Below are positions 62,115 through 64,000 of a DNA stretch of 64,000 bases, in pieces. The notes below the pieces were generated by a model. The model was given only the letters and a program-made list of their open reading frames with translations. It did not search any database and was not told where the DNA came from. Location of the stretch: assembly GCA_951406725.2 (NCBI GenBank), contig OX597829.1:51832001-51896000 (forward strand), written 5' to 3'. The position numbers and the translations under genes were made by a program. The stretch comes from Octopus vulgaris (lineage: Eukaryota). The stretch's first letter is position 1; each line of letters starts with the position of its first letter.

Positions 62115-64000
62115 GTAATTCTCTTTATATATGTGTGTGTGTGTTAGTAACTAAAATTATGTATGTACGGGAGTAAAGGCCCTTCTATAAATATGTACTG
62201 TTGTAGAAGATATTTTGTACATTATTTTTTCCTGTGAACAGTGCGACGATTGTGTTTAATTGGAGATTGGGTGCAAATTGATGTTTGTTGGATAAAATAT
62301 TATAACAGTAATAGAAAAGTCAGGTCCTAATTAATATCAGGCGATAGAACGAAAACTTTTTTTAACGATTTATGTGTGTATCAATCAGACAGGCAGCTTT
62401 CCTCTTGGTATTATATCAAAAATGTAGGAAATATCCCATCCCTGATATTTCTTTAGAATTGAAGTATTTTAAGCATAAAAAGATATCCAAGCTATCTTCG
62501 TTGATGCGTATAAAACTGTTAAAAAGAGCCTGTTTATATGTTGATTCTAGAATGAAAACTCTAAATGTTTGGATCAAGGAGTTGTTCATAATATTTAATA
62601 GTTTTTCTCGGCGTTTTTCAACATTTTCATTATAAATGTGATGACGATTTTCGATAAGGAAACATTGAAATCTGGCCTAGATTGTTGATATTCCAGCAGT
62701 GAACTTTGGAGTTAGAATTGTTCAGTTGATTAATCGAGTGTGTGATATTGTGATTATGGCCAGTGATTGGAGATTCAGATCCAGATGATTAATTAGTGTC
62801 AATCGTAGGGCAAATAAGAAGAGTTTGACCAAAGCCTATGCTTACACTGCAAGTCCATTTTGGCAGAATTATAAGCCTTCGGGCAAATCAACTGACTTCA
62901 AGATACAACATACATAGACCAGAATCAGGCCAGTAGGGTCCCCCAAGCAACTTCCCAGTCTTTTAAGGCGACACTGTCACAATTATCGTTTTGATGGATA
63001 TTATTATCTTTTTGTATCCAATGCTAAAAACGCAATACGAGAAGTTGTAGACTTTTGGGAGAGAAATATGGCTTAGTCGTAGGCAGTGGAACCGGGGATT
63101 GGAGAGCACTATTCTTATATATTTTCTTTACATTTATGCTTTTTAATGTGATTGTGTCTAAAGAAATTTAGATAACAATGAACAAATATGACAAAATGAT
63201 TATATTTTCGAGGTTATTGTTTATATAAAACGATCGTGTGCAAGGAATTCAAAACCTAACCAATAACTACTGCCTGTGAACATGCTTTTCTTTCAAGTAT
63301 TCGTTCTGTAGACTAATTTACTGTTTTTCATTGCTTCCTCCCCCTCAACATGTGTTTGTATAATAATATGATGTTAGCTGACACCTCTCTTCCATTGATA
63401 TGTCTTTAGTAATTTGGTACTAATTTATGTGTTTTGATAACTTGAAACAAGACTCTACTCTTTTAACCAAACGACCTTAACGACTGTGTATATGTAATAA
63501 GATAATGTAGTTTCATACAATCACATGAAGATGTTGGTTTACTTTGTTGCTCTTTGAGTGTGCTTGTTTGTATACAGTTATCTCAGACAACAAAGAATGG
63601 TCGAGCAAGTGCATGTGTATGAGGAACCGTGTAGTGAAGAACAACTTAAACCCTACGAGTATTGTGTACTTTTCCCCATGTTTGTACGCCCAAACGTGTG
63701 TTCGTCATTGTGTGTGTGTGTTGTCCATTTATAAGCATTAAGGATTATTGTTTTAAAATACGGATTCAGCTGAGGACACATCCATATGTATGGAGTTTTG
63801 TAATTTTGTTTGTGATTAAGCAGAAAAATACCCTGCCAACATTGCAGCATCTCTCTTCACTTTTCTTATGCTCATAGTGTTGGTTATGGAGGTAATTGTA
63901 TTTATAATCATTTAAATTTGAATTGATTGAATTGACAAAACTAGTTTGTCATGCTCTCTCTCTCTCTCTCTCTGTATATATATATATATATATATATATA

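Noticed and set aside
61871-62176. ORF-track 101-aa protein as a complete single-exon gene
   Set aside because: Its start and end lie in intronic sequence; only 61885-62114 is exon.

Overview
This is an AT-rich, microsatellite-dense eukaryotic window; the SINE and LINE repertoire suggests an octopus (inferred from remembered repeat families, not from a search). The first ~57 kb is a mosaic of transposon debris. It holds several tRNA-derived SINE families, R4/Dong-clade and CR1 LINE remnants, a decayed Ty3/Gypsy pol, a Helitron, and Tc1/mariner, hAT, piggyBac and Merlin-type MITEs. The only host gene I can support is the 5' part of a Jupiter/HN1 (JPT1/2-family) gene on the + strand: coding exon 1 at 58177-58229 and exon 2 at 61885-62114. 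The gene is incomplete here: I found no further exon in the last ~1.9 kb. Almost all listed ORFs are microsatellite or repeat artefacts. The most notable observations are: a ~300-nt nested hairpin in Jupiter intron 1; a CLEAR-type palindrome upstream of the gene; three Merlin-like families, one retaining IS1595-type transposase motifs and one copy having two left ends and a 17-bp flanking duplication; a short microsatellite-embedded retroelement sharing a motif with an R4-clade LINE 5' UTR; and a 93-bp minisatellite derived from a SINE tail. No prokaryotic-type system such as CRISPR is present. Coordinates were counted by hand and edges of degenerate repeats are approximate.
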